Shown here: one piece after another, positions 62,621 through 64,000 of the stretch
How positions within the stretch are numbered: position 1 is the stretch's first letter
Layout of the letters: each line of letters begins with the position of its first letter
From: Candidatus Versatilivorator sp.
GTDB taxonomy: Bacteria; Acidobacteriota; Terriglobia; Versatilivoradales; Versatilivoraceae
Assembly (NCBI GenBank): GCA_965262635.1
Contig: OZ253547.1
Span: 2,257,598-2,321,597 of the forward strand
Reading direction: 5' to 3'
Length of the DNA: 64,000 nt
Translations under genes and position numbers: made by a program
Notes under the pieces: model-generated
Told to the model about the DNA's origin: nothing
Databases searched by the model: none
Seen by the model: only the letters and a program-made list of their open reading frames with translations

Positions 62621-64000
62621 TTAAGTTCGGTCCGCTGATCGGATGTCTCTTTGTGGCTGCGAGCGGTGGCTCGGCTCGAGCCCTGGATTTCGTGCAGCAG
62701 ATCGCTCCCGGTGTCCACCTGGCCGGCTTCGCCGACCGTTACGGCTCCGCCAACTGCGGTTGGATCGAGTTGGAGGATCGGACGGTGCTGATTGACCTGC
62801 CGCAGGGGATCGGGGCCGAGGCCTTCCTGGCGGCGGTTGCCCGAACCAGCTCGAAGCCGGTCCGCTCGTTGTTGCTCACCAGTGAACCGGACCCGGAAAA
62901 CGAGACCCTGCGGGCGCTCAAGGCGCGGGGCGTTGAGGTGGTTGAGGTTTCCGGGGCGGGAAGAAAAATCCCGGTGGGGAAGGGACCAAGATCCATTGAA
63001 ACGATCCCCTGCGATGACGGCCTGGAGACCGGGGCGACAGCCATCTACCTGCCGCGAGAGCGGATCCTGTTTGCGGGCCGGTTGGTCATCCACGGTCCGC
63101 GGGCGGAGCTGTCGGGCCGGGACACCTTGGCCTGGATGGCCGCGCTCCGAAAACTGAAGCAACTTGGGGCGAAGCGGGTGGTTCCGGGCTACGGAAGCTG
63201 GGAGGGAGAGGATCTGCTGGGCCGCCAGATGCGTTATCTGGTCGAGTTGCGCCGCCAGGTGGCTTACGGGATCTGCCTGGGCCTCCCGCTGGAAGAGATC
63301 CGCAAAGGGATCCTGCTACCCGCTTCCTATTATGCCTGGACGGCTTACGGAGAGCCGGCCGCCGAAGACATCGAGCACCTGTTCAGGGAACAGACGGTCC
63401 CCGCGGCCCCCTTCGGGCGAGAGTGGCCCTCTGGACAGGACAAGGGTCCTCAGGCCCTGGTCCTGATCGGCGACCGGTTTCATGAGCCGGAGCACATCCG
63501 GGAGGGATTGAAACCGGTCTTCGAGGCGACCGGGGTGACCCCCCACTTTGCCGTCGACGTCCGGGCGCTGTCAGCCGGAAACCTGGCTCGGGTGCAACTG
63601 TTGGTGGTCTTGAAGGACGGCATGCTGTGGCCGGAGGGGAATGACCGTCCCTACCGGCAGTGGATGACCATGGAGCAGCAGAAGGCGGTGGTCGAATTCG
63701 TGGAAGCCGGAGGGGGATTTCTGAACCTGCACAACTCCATGGGACTCTATCCCGAGGGTCCCTACCTCGACCTGGTGGGAGGGCGTTACAAGGGGCACGG
63801 ACCTCTAGAGAGATTTGGGGTGGAGGTCGTGGATGGGGACCATCCCGTTACCCGGGGCGTGAGCGAATTTTTCGTGGCCGACGAGCAGCACACACCCTCC
63901 TATGACTCTCAGAAGGTTGGGTTGCTGCTGAGGAATCGCTCCGATCAGGGCAAGGTGGCTGCCGCAGGTTGGGCCTATCAGGCCGGCAAGGGACGCCTCT
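62614..64000 (+). CDS. Secreted degenerate MBL-fold plus ThuA-like domain protein (3' partial); ATG lies in the MITE TIR
   Basis: Manual translation MRVKFGPLIGCLFVAASGGSARA|LDFVQQ..., ANCGWIE, VVPGYG, then LIGDRFHE...FVEAGGGFLNLH...HPVTRGV; open to the window end. Confidence 0.75.
   Translation, partial: MRVKFGPLIGCLFVAASGGSARALDFVQQIAPGVHLAGFADRYGSANCGWIELEDRTVLIDLPQGIGAEAFLAAVARTSSKPVRSLLLTSEPDPENETLRALKARGVEVVEVSGAGRKIPVGKGPRSIETIPCDDGLETGATAIYLPRERILFAGRLVIHGPRAELSGRDTLAWMAALRKLKQLGAKRVVPGYGSWEGEDLLGRQMRYLVELRRQVAYGICLGLPLEEIRKGILLPASYYAWTAYGEPAAEDIEHLFREQTVPAAPFGREWPSGQDKGPQALVLIGDRFHEPEHIREGLKPVFEATGVTPHFAVDVRALSAGNLARVQLLVVLKDGMLWPEGNDRPYRQWMTMEQQKAVVEFVEAGGGFLNLHNSMGLYPEGPYLDLVGGRYKGHGPLERFGVEVVDGDHPVTRGVSEFFVADEQHTPSYDSQKVGLLLRNRSDQGKVAAAGWAYQAGKGRL

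Overview
A GC-rich bacterial chromosome segment, tentatively Acidobacteriota-like (inferred from gene content only). Most of it is housekeeping genes: guaA (partial), tlyA-dxs-xseBA, ndk-sucDC, ldcA-mpl, mqnD, rplU-rpmA-obgE-nadD-rsfS-rlmH-dksA-comF, an E. coli-type frdABCD, prolyl oligopeptidase, an ABC-2 transporter, rlmN, purB-S-Q-L-F-M-N, tyrS and a MATE transporter. No rRNA, tRNA or CRISPR array was seen. The intergenic DNA is the unusual part. (1) A MITE family with 15-bp TIRs (CCCGCATTTCTCACC) and YTAR-like 4-bp flanks has 9 two-ended copies and 3 solo or degenerate ends. It sits on stop codons, separates convergent genes whose stops appear to have overlapped, extends RlmN, and twice lies inside a gene's 5' end while offering an in-frame ATG. 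(2) There is one intact ISAzo13-family IS with 22-bp TIRs and a TAA duplication. (3) Mosaic repeat clusters are built from REP/REPIN pairs, CCACGAAG-type 9-mer arrays and two remnants resembling the GxxExxY protein N-terminus. A nucleoside 2-deoxyribosyltransferase-like gene has a single in-frame TGA.
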